A stretch of DNA of 64,000 nucleotides. Source: Bryobacterales bacterium. Its GTDB lineage: Bacteria > Acidobacteriota > Terriglobia > Bryobacterales > UBA6623. This document shows, piece after piece, positions 45,112 through 55,335 of this stretch. Location: NCBI GenBank assembly GCA_963422375.2, contig OY729428.2, positions 3,584,001 through 3,648,000 of the forward strand, in the 5' to 3' direction. The position numbers were made by a program, and so were the translations under genes. How positions within the stretch are numbered: the first letter of the stretch is position 1; each line of letters starts with the position of its first letter. The notes beneath the pieces are model-generated. The model saw only the letters and a list, made by a program, of their open reading frames with translations, had not been told where the DNA came from and searched no databases.

Positions 45112-46569
45112 ATGGACTACCGGAAGATGATCGAACACATGAACGCAGTCCGTCCCGCGACCCGCCGGGGCATGCTCCGCGACGCGGCCTGCGGATTCGG
45201 CATGCTGGCCCTGGGCGACCTTCTCAGCGGGGGCCGGGCGCGGGCCGGAGACGTGGCATTCGATCCCGCCGACCCGCTCGCGACGCGGGCGCCGCACTAC
45301 GAGCCGCGCGCCAAGAGGGTCATCTTCCTATTCATGCACGGAGGCCCGTCCTCGGTCGACACGTTCGAGTACAAGCCGTACCTGTCCGCGAACCACGGCA
45401 AGCCGCTGCCGATCCAACGGCCCCTGGCGTTCGACGACGAGGAGCCCGGACCGCTCATGAAGCCGCTGTGGGACTTCCGGCCCGGCGGCGAGAGCGGCAT
45501 CCCGGTGAGCGACCTGTTCCCGCACGTGCGCGAGCGGGTCGACGACCTTTGCTTCGTGCATTCGATGGTCGGGGAGGGCGTCGACCACGGCGCCGCGCTG
45601 CTGCAGACCTTCACCGGCTCCAGCACGTTCACGCGCCCCAGTCTCGGGTCTTGGGTCGTCTACGGCCTCGGCACCGAGAACAAGAACCTACCGGGCTACG
45701 TGACGATCAAGCCGGCGCTGTCGCACGGGGGCGCCAAGAACTGGTCGTCGGCGTTCCTGCCGGGATCCTTCCAGGGGACGCCGATCGGCCACGCCGGGCT
45801 CAAGGTGTCCGACGTGCAGGGCGAGCCGATCGAATACCTGACCAACAAGGGCCTGTCTCCGGAGCAGCAGCAGTACGAGCTCGAAATGCTGCGCAACGTG
45901 AACCGGCGGCACGCGGAGATGCGCAAGCACGACCCGCGCCTCGAGGCGCGCATCCAGTCGTTCGAGCTGGCATTCCGCATGCAGGTGCAGGCGCCAGAGG
46001 CGTTCGAGGTCGAGAAGGAATCGGAAGCGACCCGCAAGCTGTACGGCCTCGACGACGACAAGACCGCCGACTTCGGCTGGCAGTGCCTGCTGGCGCGGCG
46101 CCTCAGCGAACGCGACGTGCGCTTCGTGCAATGCACGCACTCCTACAAATGGGACCAGCATACCGACCTCTTCAACCGCCACAACTCCAACGCGGCCGAG
46201 GTGGACAAGCCGATCGCCGGCCTGCTCAAGGACCTGAAGTCCCGCGGGATGCTGGACGAGACCCTGGTCATCTGGGCGGGCGAGTTCGGCCGCACGCCCG
46301 TCAGCCAAGGCGGCGACGGAAGGGACCACAACCCCTACGGCTACACGATCTGGATGGCCGGCGCGGGCGTGAAGAAAGGCTTCCGCTACGGCGCGACGGA
46401 CGAGATCGGCTACCACGCGGCGGTCAATCGCATGCACATCCACGACTTCCACGCCACCGTGCTGCACCTGCTCGGGCTGGACCACGAGAAGCTGACCTAC
46501 CGCTTCTCCGGACGCGACTTCCGCCTGACGGACGTAGCCGGGGTCGTTCACGAGGACATCCTCGCGTAG
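45112..46569 (+). CDS. DUF1501 protein (Tat signal)
   Basis: TRRGML, RAKRVIFLFMHGGPS, WDQH, GEFGRTP, GRDHN, RLTDV. Confidence 0.9.
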   Translation: MDYRKMIEHMNAVRPATRRGMLRDAACGFGMLALGDLLSGGRARAGDVAFDPADPLATRAPHYEPRAKRVIFLFMHGGPSSVDTFEYKPYLSANHGKPLPIQRPLAFDDEEPGPLMKPLWDFRPGGESGIPVSDLFPHVRERVDDLCFVHSMVGEGVDHGAALLQTFTGSSTFTRPSLGSWVVYGLGTENKNLPGYVTIKPALSHGGAKNWSSAFLPGSFQGTPIGHAGLKVSDVQGEPIEYLTNKGLSPEQQQYELEMLRNVNRRHAEMRKHDPRLEARIQSFELAFRMQVQAPEAFEVEKESEATRKLYGLDDDKTADFGWQCLLARRLSERDVRFVQCTHSYKWDQHTDLFNRHNSNAAEVDKPIAGLLKDLKSRGMLDETLVIWAGEFGRTPVSQGGDGRDHNPYGYTIWMAGAGVKKGFRYGATDEIGYHAAVNRMHIHDFHATVLHLLGLDHEKLTYRFSGRDFRLTDVAGVVHEDILA

Positions 46570-46608
46570 GAGCGAGGGGAAACGAGCCGAGAGCGCCGGC
46601 AGGAAGGG

Positions 46609-47985
46609 GTGGGACGGATGGAACGCACGGACTCGCTGCCCGAGTCGGGCGCGGCGCCAATCCCCCTCCCTGCCCCGCTCGACGCGCCGCAGGAGAGCGA
46701 CCTCCGCAAGTGCGTGCATTGCGGACTGTGCCTGAACGCCTGCCCCACCTACAGGGAACTCGGAGTGGAAATGGACTCGCCGCGGGGGCGGATCTACCAG
46801 ATGGTGGAAGTTTCCGAGGGCCGCATGGAGATCGGCGAGGACTACACCGAGCACATCGAGCTGTGCCTCGCCTGCCGCGCCTGCGAGACGGCCTGCCCGT
46901 CCGGCGTACAGTACGGCCGGCTGGTCGAAGGGGCCCTCGCCCAGATCCAGCGCACGGTCCGCCGACCGCTCCCCGAGCGCTTCGTGCGCTGGCTCGCATA
47001 CGACCGCCTACTGCGCAGCCCGCTGCTGCTGAAGGCAGCCGGGCTCGGTCTGCTGTTCTACCAGCGAAGCGGCTTGGAGACCATGATGCGGGAGAGCGGG
47101 TTGCTAGACCGCCTCGGGCGGCTGGGGGAGATCGCGCGGCTCGCCCCGGCAGCGCAGGCGCCGTTCTTCTTCTCGAGCATCGGCAGGGTGTACCCGGCCG
47201 AGGGCGAGACGCGCTACCGCGTGGCCCTGCTGGCGGGCTGCATGCAGAACGTGTTCTTCAGCCGGCTGAACGAAGCGACCGTGCGCGTGCTCCGCAAGAA
47301 CGGCTGCGAGGTCACGATTCCGAGGGAGCAGGCCTGCTGCGGCGCGCTGCACGTGCATGCCGGGCTGCGCGAGCTCGGCCGGGAGCAGGCCAGGAAGAAC
47401 ATCGCGGCGCTCGAGTCCGGCGCATACGACGCGGTCATCACCAACACCGCGGGCTGCGGATCCGTGCTCAAGGAATACCCCGAGCTATTCGAGCACGACG
47501 AGGCGTGGCATGCGCGGGCCCGGCGATTCGCGAGCCGGATGCGGGACGTGAGCGAGTTTCTAGCCTCCGTAGAGCTCAACACGGACTTCGGCAGGGTTGA
47601 GCGCACGGTGACTTATCAAGACTCCTGCCACCTGCTGCACGGCCAGAAGATCCGGCAGCCGCCGCGAGAGATCATCCAAGCAATTCCCGGCGTCACCTTG
47701 CGCGAGCTGCCGTTCAGCGAGATCTGCTGCGGGTCGGCCGGCGTCTACAACATCGAGCACACGGACATCTCGATGTCCCTGCTCGAGGACAAGATGAGGA
47801 TGGTGGACCAGACGGAGGCGGACACCATCGTCACGGCGAATCCCGGATGCATGCTGCAGCTAAAGGCCGGCGCGCGGGAATTCCTGCGACCGATGCCAGT
47901 GCTGCACGTTGTCGAACTCCTCGACGAGGCCTACGCTGCGGCCGAGCACGCGAGCTCGGCCCGCGGCGAGCCCGCCGCTGACTGA
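46609..47985 (+). CDS. Fe-S oxidoreductase, glycolate oxidase GlcF-like
   Basis: Two CxxCxxCxxxCP ferredoxin motifs, DSPRGRI, two CCG domains. Confidence 0.88.
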   Translation: MGRMERTDSLPESGAAPIPLPAPLDAPQESDLRKCVHCGLCLNACPTYRELGVEMDSPRGRIYQMVEVSEGRMEIGEDYTEHIELCLACRACETACPSGVQYGRLVEGALAQIQRTVRRPLPERFVRWLAYDRLLRSPLLLKAAGLGLLFYQRSGLETMMRESGLLDRLGRLGEIARLAPAAQAPFFFSSIGRVYPAEGETRYRVALLAGCMQNVFFSRLNEATVRVLRKNGCEVTIPREQACCGALHVHAGLRELGREQARKNIAALESGAYDAVITNTAGCGSVLKEYPELFEHDEAWHARARRFASRMRDVSEFLASVELNTDFGRVERTVTYQDSCHLLHGQKIRQPPREIIQAIPGVTLRELPFSEICCGSAGVYNIEHTDISMSLLEDKMRMVDQTEADTIVTANPGCMLQLKAGAREFLRPMPVLHVVELLDEAYAAAEHASSARGEPAAD

Positions 47986-48103
47986 GCGCACGTCGCGACT
48001 GGCGGCCGAATCCACCGGTATCCAAGGCCGGCCCGCCCACGGGAAGGCGGGCGCGACGGCGAGCGAATCCGCTGGCGGCCGAGCGACGCACGCGTCCCGG
48101 CAA

Positions 48104-48949
48104 CTACGATGCCTGCCCGTCCAAGACGCCGCGCATGTAGGAGAAGGACTTGGCCATGCCGAGTTGCGGGTGGTCCGCCACGACCTCGTACTCCAAGCCG
48201 ACCACGCCCTGGTACTTGCGCTCCTTGAGCATCTTGAAGATCGCCGCGACGGGCATCCGGCCGTCGCCGACATCGACGCGGCTATCCTTGTTGCCGAAGT
48301 CCGTCAGGTCCTTGACGTGGAAGTCGTAGACGCGATCCCACGCGAGGTCGATCTCTTCGAGAATGTCCGCGCCCGTGCGCACCGTGTGGCCGACGTCGAC
48401 GCACAAGCCCATGCGGGGATCCATGTCCTTGACCCGCCGGATCACGTCGCTGGGGGCCGGATAGAAGCGGTCCTCCGGGCCGTGGTTGTGAATCGCCATC
48501 TTGCGGTCGTACTTGATCGCGAGCTTCTCGATCTGGCTCAGATTGGAATGCGTGGGCGCGCATACCATGATCGGCATGCCGGCGGCGACAGCGTACTTGA
48601 AGTAGGGCTCGAGTTCCGCGCTGTCGTCGCTCTTCAGGGAGATGTTGCCTCCGGCGACGATCTGGAGGCCGGCCTTCTCGAACTCGGCGCGGGCCCGCTT
48701 GAGATCCTGCTCCGAGAGGTAGTACGGCATGTGAAACGACTTCACGTTGACGTACTTGACCCCGAGGTCCTTGACGATGCCGATGGCCGCCGCGCGGCTG
48801 AACTTGCGCAGCGAGTACGTCGCCACCGCCAGCCTGAGGTCGCCCCAGTTATGGGGATCGGCCCGGCTGGCCGGATTAGTCGCCGCCGCGGCCGCGACGG
48901 GCAGCGTGGCGGCTGCTCCCAGGAACGAACGTCTGGTCGGTGAACTCAT
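48104..48949 (-). CDS. Sugar phosphate isomerase/epimerase (TIM barrel), Tat-exported
   Basis: TRRSFLG Tat motif; HNHGPED, DVGH, HVKD, LEYE. Confidence 0.85.
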   Translation of the reverse strand: MSSPTRRSFLGAAATLPVAAAAATNPASRADPHNWGDLRLAVATYSLRKFSRAAAIGIVKDLGVKYVNVKSFHMPYYLSEQDLKRARAEFEKAGLQIVAGGNISLKSDDSAELEPYFKYAVAAGMPIMVCAPTHSNLSQIEKLAIKYDRKMAIHNHGPEDRFYPAPSDVIRRVKDMDPRMGLCVDVGHTVRTGADILEEIDLAWDRVYDFHVKDLTDFGNKDSRVDVGDGRMPVAAIFKMLKERKYQGVVGLEYEVVADHPQLGMAKSFSYMRGVLDGQAS

Positions 48950-48959
48950 GGACTCTCGC

Positions 48960-48991
48960 CTCCTTGTCCGTCCCTAGGGACGGACAAGGAG
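48960..48991. repeat. Perfect 32-bp palindrome
   Basis: CTCCTTGTCCGTCCCTAGGGACGGACAAGGAG is its own reverse complement. Confidence 0.95.
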
Positions 48992-49099
48992 AGTCTAGCA
49001 GGCGCGGCAGGGCTAGCGCCGGCGGAGCCCCGGCCCGTCACGCGGGGCCGGCGGCACCCGACCGGCAGCCGGCAGCGGGCCGGGCCGTACAATGGAAGC

Positions 49100-49585
49100 A
49101 TGCAGGGCAACGAGGCCGTCATCAGCCATCTCAACCGCGCCTTGAAGGGCGAGTTCACCGCTATCCACCAGTACATCGTGCATGCCGAGATGTGCGACAA
49201 CTGGGGCTATTCCAAGCTCGGGGCGTTCATCAAGCAGCAGGCCATCGGAGAGATGCGCCACGCCGAGATGTTCATCGAACGCATCCTGTTCCTGGAGGGC
49301 GTCCCCGGCATGGGCGAGCTGCTGCCGCTGAGCGTCGGCCAGAACGTCAAGGAGCAGCTGGAGAACGACCTGCAGCTCGAGTACGACGCCGTGAGGCTAC
49401 TGAACGAGGGGGTCCGGGAGGCCGTCGCGGCCGGCGACAACGCCTCGCGCGAGCTGTTCGAAGGCGTCCTCAAGGACGAGGAGGAGCATGTCGACTGGCT
49501 GGAGGCGCAGCTTCAGATGATCGGCGACATGGGCCTGGGCATCTACCTGTCGCAGCAGCTGGGCGATCCCGCCGCGGCGGGCTAG
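49100..49585 (+). CDS. bfr: Bacterioferritin
   Basis: MQGNEAVI..LN, E...QY..H, EMRHA, ERILFLEG, EEEHVDWLE. Confidence 0.95.
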   Translation: MQGNEAVISHLNRALKGEFTAIHQYIVHAEMCDNWGYSKLGAFIKQQAIGEMRHAEMFIERILFLEGVPGMGELLPLSVGQNVKEQLENDLQLEYDAVRLLNEGVREAVAAGDNASRELFEGVLKDEEEHVDWLEAQLQMIGDMGLGIYLSQQLGDPAAAG

Positions 49586-49983
49586 TCGACCACGACTTCC
49601 AGCAGCTGGCCGAGGAGCGGATAGTACTGCACTCGCACCTTGGCGCCAGCCTGCAGTTCCTCGAGCTGGATGCGCGACATCCCTAGCCGCCGGGCCGCCT
49701 TCTTGCCCAGCTTGATCTGCTCGCGTCCGGGCGGCTGCGAGAACGCCAGTTCCATCGGCTGGGCCTTGCCGAGGGCCAGCATGACGGTGCGCTTGTCCGC
49801 GTCGACGCGCGAGACCGTGCCCTTCGCCTTGACGACCTTGAGCACCTTCTCGGGCCGGGTGCCCTCGAGCGCGCCGGAAGCGTTGTCGTTGACGCCCGGA
49901 CGCGTGCTGGAGCTGACAGTCCTCTGCTGCGGGACCGCGAGGGTCGCGGCTGCCGCCAGAACAAGGATCAGACGCAGGGCCAT
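49582..49983 (-). CDS. Hypothetical exported protein (OB-fold-like)
   Basis: Signal peptide, RBS GGGAG, 'KGTVSRVD...LQAGAKVRVQY'. Confidence 0.6.
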   Translation of the reverse strand: MALRLILVLAAAATLAVPQQRTVSSSTRPGVNDNASGALEGTRPEKVLKVVKAKGTVSRVDADKRTVMLALGKAQPMELAFSQPPGREQIKLGKKAARRLGMSRIQLEELQAGAKVRVQYYPLLGQLLEVVVD

Positions 49984-50037
49984 GAGCTCCCTCCCATTGT
50001 AGTCGCGACCTCCGGCGCGCCGCAGCGGCAGCGCGCC

Positions 50038-50559
50038 CTAGAGTACCGAGCGCAGGTAATTCGCGATCTCGGGACGGCTCCAGTCCTCGGGTCCGACGTA
50101 CTTGCGCAAAACCCGTCCGTCGCGCGAGATCAGGTACGACTCCGGGTACTTGACCGTGCCGTAGCGCGTGCTCACCTCCCGCTCGGGGTCGCGCGCCGTC
50201 GGGAACGTCACCCCGGCATCGCGCAGGAAGCCCGCGTACTCCCCGACATCCTCGTCGACGCTGATGCCGAGCACGACGAAGCCGTCCTCCCGGAACCTCT
50301 CGTAGGTGCCGTTCAAGGAGGGCATCTCCTGGACGCACGGGGGGCACCAGGTGGCCCAGAAGTTCAGGAGCACGACCTTGCCGGCGTAGTCCCGCAAGCT
50401 GACGCCGCGCCCCTGGTCGTCGGCGAGCTCGAAGCGCGGGGCGCGGTCGCCGACCTGCACGTCGTAGACCCGCAGGTAGCCCTGCACCCGGTACACCATA
50501 ACCGCCGCCAGGAGCAGCGCGAGTCCGTACACCACGGATTCCCTGCCGACACGTGCCAT
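50038..50559 (-). CDS. TlpA/ResA-family thiol:disulfide oxidoreductase
   Basis: N-terminal TM; LNFWATWCPPCVQEMP; YPES. Confidence 0.92.
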   Translation of the reverse strand: MARVGRESVVYGLALLLAAVMVYRVQGYLRVYDVQVGDRAPRFELADDQGRGVSLRDYAGKVVLLNFWATWCPPCVQEMPSLNGTYERFREDGFVVLGISVDEDVGEYAGFLRDAGVTFPTARDPEREVSTRYGTVKYPESYLISRDGRVLRKYVGPEDWSRPEIANYLRSVL

Positions 50560-50622
50560 AATCAGAATCTACACTGTTTCTCCCTTCCCGTCGCACGCGA
50601 GGTGCGACAAGCCCCCGACTGG

Positions 50623-51030
50623 ATGCTCATAACGCGCAAGGCCGAGTTCTCGGCATCGCACGTGTGCGCGGATCCGCGACTCTCCCCCGATGAGAACGAG
50701 CGTCTCTACGGCAAGGAAAGCCGTCCCCACGGGCACGGCCATAACTACGTCCTCGAGGTCACCCTGCGAGGCGAGGTCGATCCGGTCCACGGCATGATCC
50801 TGGACCTGAAGGCGCTCAAGGAGATCATCCGCGAGCACGTGCTGGACGTGTACGACCACCGCTTCCTCAACCGCGAGGTCCCTCCCTTCGACACGGTCGT
50901 TCCGACGGCGGAGAACGTCGCGCGCGACATCTGGCGTCGCCTCGCCGCGCCGGTCGAGGCGACAGGAAGCGCACTTCATTCGGTGCGGCTGCACGAGAGC
51001 GACGAGCTCTTCGTGGACTACAGCGGCTAG
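50623..51030 (+). CDS. 6-pyruvoyl-tetrahydropterin synthase/QueD family protein (Glu at the catalytic Cys position)
   Basis: FSASH, GKESRPHGHGHNY, DHRFLN, PTAENVA, LHES. Confidence 0.85.
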   Translation: MLITRKAEFSASHVCADPRLSPDENERLYGKESRPHGHGHNYVLEVTLRGEVDPVHGMILDLKALKEIIREHVLDVYDHRFLNREVPPFDTVVPTAENVARDIWRRLAAPVEATGSALHSVRLHESDELFVDYSG

Positions 51031-51038
51031 GATTCCCA

Positions 51039-51455
51039 GTGACCACCCTGACCCGGCGCTACCGGTTCTCCGCTTCGCACCGCCTGTGCTCCGACATGCT
51101 GAGCGAGGAGCGCAACCGCGAGATCTTCGGCAAGTGCGCCAACCCTTTTGGCCACGGGCACGACTACTTCCTCGAAGTGAGCGTGGCCGGGGAGCCGGAC
51201 CAGCTTACCGGGCTGACCTTGGAGCGTCCCGCATTCGACCGCTGGGTCGAGGAATCGGTCCTGGGTCGCGTCGACCACGTCCACCTGAACGCAGAAGTGC
51301 CTGAATTCCGCGATCTGGTGCCGACTTCCGAGAACCTGCTCGCGGTGATCGACGCCTGGCTGCGCGCGGGATGGGCGAGGCGCTTCCCGGGGCGGGAAGC
51401 GCCTCTCGCGGGGCTCCGGCTCGAAGAGACGCCGCGCAACAGCTTTCGCCTCTGA
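51039..51455 (+). CDS. 6-pyruvoyl-tetrahydropterin synthase (PTPS-II-type motif)
   Basis: [39 protein letters not shown]. Confidence 0.88.
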   Translation: MTTLTRRYRFSASHRLCSDMLSEERNREIFGKCANPFGHGHDYFLEVSVAGEPDQLTGLTLERPAFDRWVEESVLGRVDHVHLNAEVPEFRDLVPTSENLLAVIDAWLRAGWARRFPGREAPLAGLRLEETPRNSFRL

Positions 51456-51477
51456 GCCCCGGAAACGGCAACCCGCC

Positions 51478-52107
51478 ATGCACTCCCCCCATGAACCCGC
51501 ATTGCTCGAGGAACTCGAGGCCAGCCTGGAGATCGACGGGCCGCAGGACCCGCTCCAGCCGCTGGTGCGCGAACTGGTCACCCGCCTGGGCGAGAACCCG
51601 TCCCGCGACGGGCTGAAGAGCACGCCTTACCGGGTAGCCAAGGCCCTCCGGGAGCTGACCCGCGGCTACCGGCAGGATCCGGAGGAGGTCCTGCGCTCGG
51701 CGCTGTTCGAGGTGACCTACGACGAGATGGTGATCGTCAAGGACATCGAGGTCTTCTCGCTGTGCGAGCACCACATGCTGCCGTTCTTCGGCAAGCTGCA
51801 TGTCGCCTACATCCCGCGCAAGAAGGTGATCGGCCTCAGCAAGACCGCCCGCCTTGTGGACATCTTCGCCCGCAGGCTGCAGATCCAGGAGAGGCTCACG
51901 CAGCAGGTCGCCGAGACGATCCAGCGGGCGATCGACCCGGCGGGCGTGGGCGTGATCTGCGAGGCACAGCACCTATGTATGATGATGAGGGGCGTGGAGA
52001 AGCAGCACTCGTCCACCATCACCAGCTCGATGCTGGGCGACTTCCGGAACAACCCGCAGACTCGGGAGGAATTCCTGACGCTCGTGACGTCTGGGACCCG
52101 CGGGTAG
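51478..52107 (+). CDS. folE: GTP cyclohydrolase I
   Basis: [44 protein letters not shown]. Confidence 0.96.
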   Translation: MHSPHEPALLEELEASLEIDGPQDPLQPLVRELVTRLGENPSRDGLKSTPYRVAKALRELTRGYRQDPEEVLRSALFEVTYDEMVIVKDIEVFSLCEHHMLPFFGKLHVAYIPRKKVIGLSKTARLVDIFARRLQIQERLTQQVAETIQRAIDPAGVGVICEAQHLCMMMRGVEKQHSSTITSSMLGDFRNNPQTREEFLTLVTSGTRG

Positions 52108-52887
52108 CAGGTCCGTCGCGGGAGCGATGGGGAGATCGAACCGATCACGCCGAGCAGAGGGCGGTCCGCCCGCCCGCCGATATGCACCGCTTCCGGCATG
52201 CCGCCGGCGGCTGCCTAATTCCACCGGTCCCAGCGATTCCCTGGGGCGAAAGCAGGTCGGAAGGCAACCAAGTCCCATGGCTGGCACGCTCCACCGTGCC
52301 AGCAAGCATCCCTCCTCTTACACGCTCACGGACTCGCAACCTTGTTGGATCAACCGAAGTGAGGCCAACTTGCAAGGTGGCGGACGCCGGCGATATGTGC
52401 CTTGGAGGGAGCACCTAGGCTTGGTAGCGGTGAATTCGATTGCACGGATGGACATTCCATATCGCAGCGATCAGCCAGCGGATCTACTGGGTGGCACGGC
52501 GCTTTCCACAGGGGGATCGCTATCGCTCGGGATGCCGTCACGGTCACATCTAGATGCGTGGCAAGGGCCCTTGGAGCAAATCCTCGCACTGCATCTGCCT
52601 CGAGCGTTGCGTTCAGCCGTTGTGCAGCAAGTATTTCAAGCTTCGTTCTGTAATCGTCGGGCCGGACTCAAGCCCGGCTCAGGATGCCGTCCGCGAGTCC
52701 CCGCGACACCATCTCGAGTTCGGACACATCAAGCTCAAAGCTGCTGGCGAACTCGGCCCGAATCGTTTGTTTCCTAGGGCCGTTCCGCCCCTGTACACCT
52801 CCGAACCCACCATTCGGACTTCGGGCGTTTTCCGAGTACGAAGGACCCGTTGCATGCGGCCCTCGAATAGGACCATCATGGAGCCCG

Positions 52888-54789
52888 ATGCCAGCAGCTA
52901 TCACGCGACGCTCGTTCGCCAAGCGCGCGGGAGTCGCCCTTGCGGCCGGAGCGATCCAGTCGTGCTCCGCGCCTCCCGCCGCCGACGGCGAATGGCACGG
53001 TTGGGGGCGGGACACAGGCGGCACTCGCTACAGTCCGCTCGACCAGATCCACCGCGAGAATGCGAGCGCTCTCGAGCCAGCTTGGACGCATCGGTGCGGC
53101 GAGGTCAGCGACGGGTCAGCAAGCCCGACCCGCACGGCGTACGAATGCACGCCTCTGATGGCGGACGAGACGCTCTACGTCACGACGCCCTACAACCGCG
53201 TGCTGGCTCTCGACCCGGAGTCCGGGCGCGAGCGCTGGGCGTTCAACCCCGGTCTCGACCTTGCCAGGCGCTACAACCTCTGGGCCAACCGCGGCGTGAG
53301 CCTGTGGCGAAGCGGATCCGAGCGGCGGCTGATGCACGGCACGCTGGACGGTCGGCTGATAGCGCTCGACGCTGCGACCGGCAAGCCCTGCGCGGATTTC
53401 GGCGATCACGGATCGCTGGATGTCGGGGTGCGGCTGACATCGCCCCCGGCGATATGCGGCGACCTCGCGGTGATCGGAGGCAACGCTCCGACACTGCGGG
53501 CCTTCGACGTTCGCAGCGGCCAGCTTGCGTGGACGCGGGACAAAGTGCCCCCCAACGACGAGGCAGCCAAGGCCACTTGGGCAGGCGACTCGTGGAAGCG
53601 CAGGCGCGGAGGCGTCGCGTGGCCTCCGCTGAGCGTCGACGAAGGCCGCGAGCTACTCTACGTGCCGACGGACTCGCCCACATACGATTACTGGGGCGGC
53701 GACCGCGCCGGAGACAATCTCTACGCGAACTGTCTGCTGGCCCTAGACTGCTCGTCCGGGGAGTACCGCTGGCATTTTCAAGCGACGCACCACGACATCT
53801 GGGACTACGACCTGTGCGCGCAGCCCGTCCTATGCGACATCCGGCGCGAGGGTAGCGCCATTCCTGCAGTAGTCCAAGTTAGCAAGCAGGGCTTCCTCTA
53901 CGTCCTGAATCGCGAAACCGGGGAGCCGCTCTTCGACATCGAAGAGACGGCCGTGCCGCAGCTCTGCGCACCGGGGGAGGTGCCGTCTGCCACGCAGCCG
54001 GTTCCCGCCAAGCCGGCCCCCTTCGTGCGCCAGTCCATGGGGCCGGGCGAACTGTCGACGGTGACGCCCGAGCATGCCGCCTGGTCGCGGGAGCTTGCGA
54101 ACCGCTTCCGCATTGCCCCCCTGTTCCATCCTGGGACCGAGGAGGGCGTGATCATCTTCCCGTGCAACCAAGGAGGCGGAGAGTGGGGCGGGGGTTGCTT
54201 CGACCCGACCTCCGGGCGCTTCTTCGTGAACGGGACCAACCTCGCCGGCATCGTCGCGATGGAGGCCCGCAGCGCGAGCCGCACCGGTCTTGCCGTCGGC
54301 CGCGACATCGTCACGAGGGAAGGGCTGCGCGCCGGGGTGACGTTCCGGCGGAGAGCCATCGACGTGCGGCAGAACAAGTTCTGGCACCCGGAGACTCTGT
54401 GGCCCTGCCAGCAGCCGCCTTGGGGCGTGCTCAGCTCGATCGACCTCGCCAGCGGCGAGTACGACTGGCAGGTGCCCCTCGGGGAGGTGCCCGAGCTGAC
54501 GGCTCGCGGTGTGCCCCCCACCGGCACGATCAACATGGGCGGCCCCATCGTAACGGCGGGCGGAGTAGTGTTCATCGGCGGGAGCAACGACCGCCGTTTC
54601 CGCGCCTTCGACTCGGCGTCGGGGCGAATCCTGTGGGAGGCGGAGCTCGAGGGGAGCGGGCACGCCAACCCGATGACGTACGCCGGGCCGGAATCCGGCC
54701 GTCAGTTCGTGGTGATCGCTGCCGGAGGCGGGAACAAGCTGAGCCACAAGTTCACCGACGCGCTCCATGCATTCGCCCTGCCGGCATAG
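52888..54789 (+). CDS. PQQ-dependent glucose/quinate dehydrogenase family protein (Tat signal)
   Basis: TRRSF; RYSPLDQI, ECTPL, WHFQATHHDIWDYD, PCQQPPWG, GGPIVTAGG, PMTY. Confidence 0.9.
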   Translation: MPAAITRRSFAKRAGVALAAGAIQSCSAPPAADGEWHGWGRDTGGTRYSPLDQIHRENASALEPAWTHRCGEVSDGSASPTRTAYECTPLMADETLYVTTPYNRVLALDPESGRERWAFNPGLDLARRYNLWANRGVSLWRSGSERRLMHGTLDGRLIALDAATGKPCADFGDHGSLDVGVRLTSPPAICGDLAVIGGNAPTLRAFDVRSGQLAWTRDKVPPNDEAAKATWAGDSWKRRRGGVAWPPLSVDEGRELLYVPTDSPTYDYWGGDRAGDNLYANCLLALDCSSGEYRWHFQATHHDIWDYDLCAQPVLCDIRREGSAIPAVVQVSKQGFLYVLNRETGEPLFDIEETAVPQLCAPGEVPSATQPVPAKPAPFVRQSMGPGELSTVTPEHAAWSRELANRFRIAPLFHPGTEEGVIIFPCNQGGGEWGGGCFDPTSGRFFVNGTNLAGIVAMEARSASRTGLAVGRDIVTREGLRAGVTFRRRAIDVRQNKFWHPETLWPCQQPPWGVLSSIDLASGEYDWQVPLGEVPELTARGVPPTGTINMGGPIVTAGGVVFIGGSNDRRFRAFDSASGRILWEAELEGSGHANPMTYAGPESGRQFVVIAAGGGNKLSHKFTDALHAFALPA

Positions 54790-54808
54790 GCAGTACGGCC
54801 CAGCGGCG

Positions 54809-55150
54809 TTAGGACGAGGCTGCGGCCTTGGTCGCCGAAGAATCGCCGCTCTTGGACGGGGCCTTGGCCTTCTTGGCGGCGGCGTCGGACGATTCCGACG
54901 AGGCGGCCTTCTTCTTCCCGGCGGAGTCGCCGTCCTCGAACGGGGGCTTCTTGCCTCCCTTGCCGTAATCGGTAACGTACCATCCGCTGCCCTTGAACTG
55001 GATGGCCGGCGCAGCCAAGAGCTTGCGGACTTCGCCGTTGCACGGCGAATCGCCCTGCTCCGTGTGAACGCTGAGGATCTTGTCGGAGAACTTCTGGATG
55101 ATCTCGAAGCGCTCCCCGCACTTGAGGCACTCGTATTCGTATAGCGGCAT
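54809..55150 (-). CDS. FmdB-family zinc ribbon protein
   Basis: MPLYEYECLKCG...C.G....FKGSGWYVTDY plus a low-complexity tail. Confidence 0.9.
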   Translation of the reverse strand: MPLYEYECLKCGERFEIIQKFSDKILSVHTEQGDSPCNGEVRKLLAAPAIQFKGSGWYVTDYGKGGKKPPFEDGDSAGKKKAASSESSDAAAKKAKAPSKSGDSSATKAAASS

Positions 55151-55335
55151 TCCTAACGGGCCTCCGCGGGACCTGGGGCGTCGCGCCGAACACGGTTGTC
55201 CGGCCATGAACTCCTGCTCATTTTACCAGCGGCCCGCCGCCGGAACCTGAAACCGGACGTCCCGCTCGCCCGTAACTATTAAGTAGGGTGAGACGGCAGC
55301 GGCATCAGCGGCGGCCCGCGCGCGGGGGAGGGACG

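Noticed and set aside
52110..52870. Lower-GC stretch with several short ORFs
   Set aside because: No recognisable motif in any frame; possibly a decayed gene, but this cannot be supported.
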